From the NCBI GenBank assembly GCA_038279365.1, contig JAYODI010000030.1:32164-57332 (forward strand): DNA of 25,169 nt, read 5' to 3'. This DNA comes from Candidatus Latescibacterota bacterium. GTDB lineage: Bacteria; Latescibacterota; UBA2968. The notes below the pieces were generated by a model, which searched no databases, was not told the DNA's origin, and saw only the letters and a list, made by a program, of their open reading frames with translations. Below are positions 23,458 to 25,169 of the stretch, piece by piece. Numbering within the stretch: the stretch's first letter is position 1; every line of letters begins with the position of its first letter. Position numbers and translations under genes: made by a program.

Positions 23458-25118
23458 CAGGCCGTCGTCTCTTTAAAAATTGAACCCCAAAAAATGTGTT
23501 TGCGACGTTTGACCATATCATCCAAAGCTGCTTGCATTCGCATTCGAATATCTTGTGAAATTTCTTTGACGATAATAGGATCATCGGCAGCCTCGGGCCC
23601 ATACTGCTTTTCAATATGTATCGGTTCGAGAAAATGAATATGCCATTTTGTGGGTAAAGGTATGGGCAATAAAGGAAACGGGGGTGCAATGGGAAAACAG
23701 GGCCAAAGCGAGAAACGTTTCCACCATCGCCAATTGAGCTTTGCAAAAATGGGGAAAATCTCGGGTGTACCTGCTGTGACAAAGGGCACAATCGGAGCCT
23801 GGTTGCGCAAGGCTATTTTGACATATTCGTCACGGCCAAATTTGCCCAGTTTGTACGCATCGCGATAATACGTGAAGGCACCGTGAATACCTTCGGGATA
23901 CATGCCCAATACTTCATCGCGTCCAAGCACATAATCGGCATTTTCCTGACACGCGATCATGCCACCCAATTTGGTCATAAAATTAAACTGAAACGGAAAT
24001 TTAATGAGGGTAGGATGGATCAAAAATCGCGTGTATCGACGACATTCGGTGACGATTAAGAGAAACGTTGTAACGGCATCCAATGGCATGAAACCACGGT
24101 GTACACCCGTTAAAACTGCCCGCCCATGAGATGGAATGTTTTCAATGCCCTTGTGTTCAATACGCCAATACACATAACGCAAAAACGGGAAAAGGATGCG
24201 CCGATATGCTTCGACGTATTTTTTGTCGAGGCCATAAGCATCAAAATCCGTTGTGTTGGGCAAAAATGCTGGCTTGTGATTTTGTTGCTCTGCAAAGTCA
24301 AATAGAGCTTCTGCCGTGGTTTGCTGAGGTTGAAACCCCCATTCGGTTTTGATCTTTTGGTTGGACACTGTCCAGGCATATCGTACAAAATCCAGTTGAT
24401 CGGCCGGTCGCCTGCGCACCAAACTCTGAAGGAATTTGGGAGCAGTCAAACGACGCGTTCTGGCCATTTTAAGTGCTTTGCGCAAAGGCATTGCCCCATC
24501 GGGAGCAACATTATAGATGCCTCCTGCACTTTTTTGAATGGCCAAACAGATCGCTTCAATCCAATCTTTGGGAGAAAGCAATTGTAACAGCGGGTCATGC
24601 CCGGGTAGCGTAATGGAAAGACCACCATCGAACAAACGATTGAAGTAAGTATTGCCATGAGGAACCAATACAGGCGCCGGACGCAAAAGTGTGAGTTTTG
24701 CTTTTTGAAATGCGCTTTCTGCAATTTCTTCTAAAGCAATCCATTGTTGTGCAATGGCGTTTTTACCACTGTAGGTGCGTGGGCGCGTTTCGGGCAAATA
24801 ACCAATATTGTGTGGTCTTGGGCCATATATTTCAGCGCTGGAAATAACAATTGCATGACCGATATGTGCTTGTGCAGCTCCATTTAAAATGTCTTTGGCT
24901 TGTGCCAAATTTAGGGTGCCGCGTTTGGGATGCACGGGTGGAAAATAAATCAGTATATCTGCTTGTACGTTAAACATGGATGCATCGTCATGTGACCAAT
25001 GGGTGTGATGTGAACACGTCACCCCTGAGGCATTTTCCAAACGCGCTACCAGAGCTTGTGAAATGACATGATTTTTTTTGTTATCAGGATGGGTGTCTAT
25101 AACTAAAACCTTGGCCAC
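23457..25118 (-). CDS. Fusion of a degenerate extended-SDR (epimerase-like) domain and a PlsC/LPLAT MGAT-like acyltransferase
   Basis: GTG start with AGAGG RBS. The N-half has ISSAEIYG, LLRPAPV, GIYNVA and KxEWGFQP. The C-half has DAYGLD, GIENIP, VHRGFMPLD, YPEG, APIVP and PLPTKW. Confidence 0.88.
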   Translation of the reverse strand: MAKVLVIDTHPDNKKNHVISQALVARLENASGVTCSHHTHWSHDDASMFNVQADILIYFPPVHPKRGTLNLAQAKDILNGAAQAHIGHAIVISSAEIYGPRPHNIGYLPETRPRTYSGKNAIAQQWIALEEIAESAFQKAKLTLLRPAPVLVPHGNTYFNRLFDGGLSITLPGHDPLLQLLSPKDWIEAICLAIQKSAGGIYNVAPDGAMPLRKALKMARTRRLTAPKFLQSLVRRRPADQLDFVRYAWTVSNQKIKTEWGFQPQQTTAEALFDFAEQQNHKPAFLPNTTDFDAYGLDKKYVEAYRRILFPFLRYVYWRIEHKGIENIPSHGRAVLTGVHRGFMPLDAVTTFLLIVTECRRYTRFLIHPTLIKFPFQFNFMTKLGGMIACQENADYVLGRDEVLGMYPEGIHGAFTYYRDAYKLGKFGRDEYVKIALRNQAPIVPFVTAGTPEIFPIFAKLNWRWWKRFSLWPCFPIAPPFPLLPIPLPTKWHIHFLEPIHIEKQYGPEAADDPIIVKEISQDIRMRMQAALDDMVKRRKHIFWGSIFKETTA

Positions 25119-25169
25119 ACGAATTCCTCTGATAAGTCTTTAGACCTGTGCGTAAACATCTACAATATA

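Noticed and set aside
132-24724. All plus-strand ORFs and short alternative-frame minus-strand ORFs in the track (e.g. 2065..2745, 14466..15110, 3473..3973, 23333..23791)
   Set aside because: They overlap longer motif-bearing minus-strand genes and show no recognisable motifs, so they are treated as shadow ORFs.
25140-25169. 3' end of an upstream minus-strand gene (...YIVDVYAQV*)
   Set aside because: Plausible from the spacing, but nine codons are too few to support a call.
1-25169. CRISPR arrays, tRNA/rRNA genes, IS ends
   Set aside because: Intergenic gaps are short (largest about 260 nt), and I saw no spaced direct repeats, cloverleafs or terminal inverted repeats.

Overview
All credible genes in this 25-kb window lie on the minus strand: 18 complete CDS plus one truncated at the left edge. 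They form a tightly packed bacterial accessory cluster. In transcription order (high to low coordinates) it encodes: a degenerate-SDR/PlsC-type acyltransferase fusion; an intact UbiB/ABC1 kinase followed by a pseudokinase copy; two paralogous helical proteins flanking a ParA ATPase and a small partner; a 1125-aa protein with a catalytically dead SGNH domain and a duplicated beta-rich domain; two unknown proteins; a flavin-dependent halogenase-like enzyme; and a carotenoid/stilbene-cleavage dioxygenase. A more GC-rich block follows, with two degenerate MBL-fold paralogs, an aldehyde dehydrogenase, a FadL-family outer-membrane channel and a secreted triple-repeat protein with an FlgD-like C-terminal domain (suggesting an FCB-superphylum host). 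The window ends with an unknown protein and a cNMP-binding protein that the ORF track missed. The most striking signal is a conserved ~75-aa N-terminal module shared by three proteins of two unrelated architectures, with a weaker echo in a fourth. It co-occurs with several pseudo-enzymes, lipid-acting enzymes and a dedicated ParA pair. My hypothesis (inference, untested) is a lipid-associated compartment or scaffolded complex that makes or processes a halogenated lipophilic compound and has its own targeting signal and positioning system. I saw no rRNA, tRNA, CRISPR array or transposase. All family calls come from motif recognition by eye; no searches were run.
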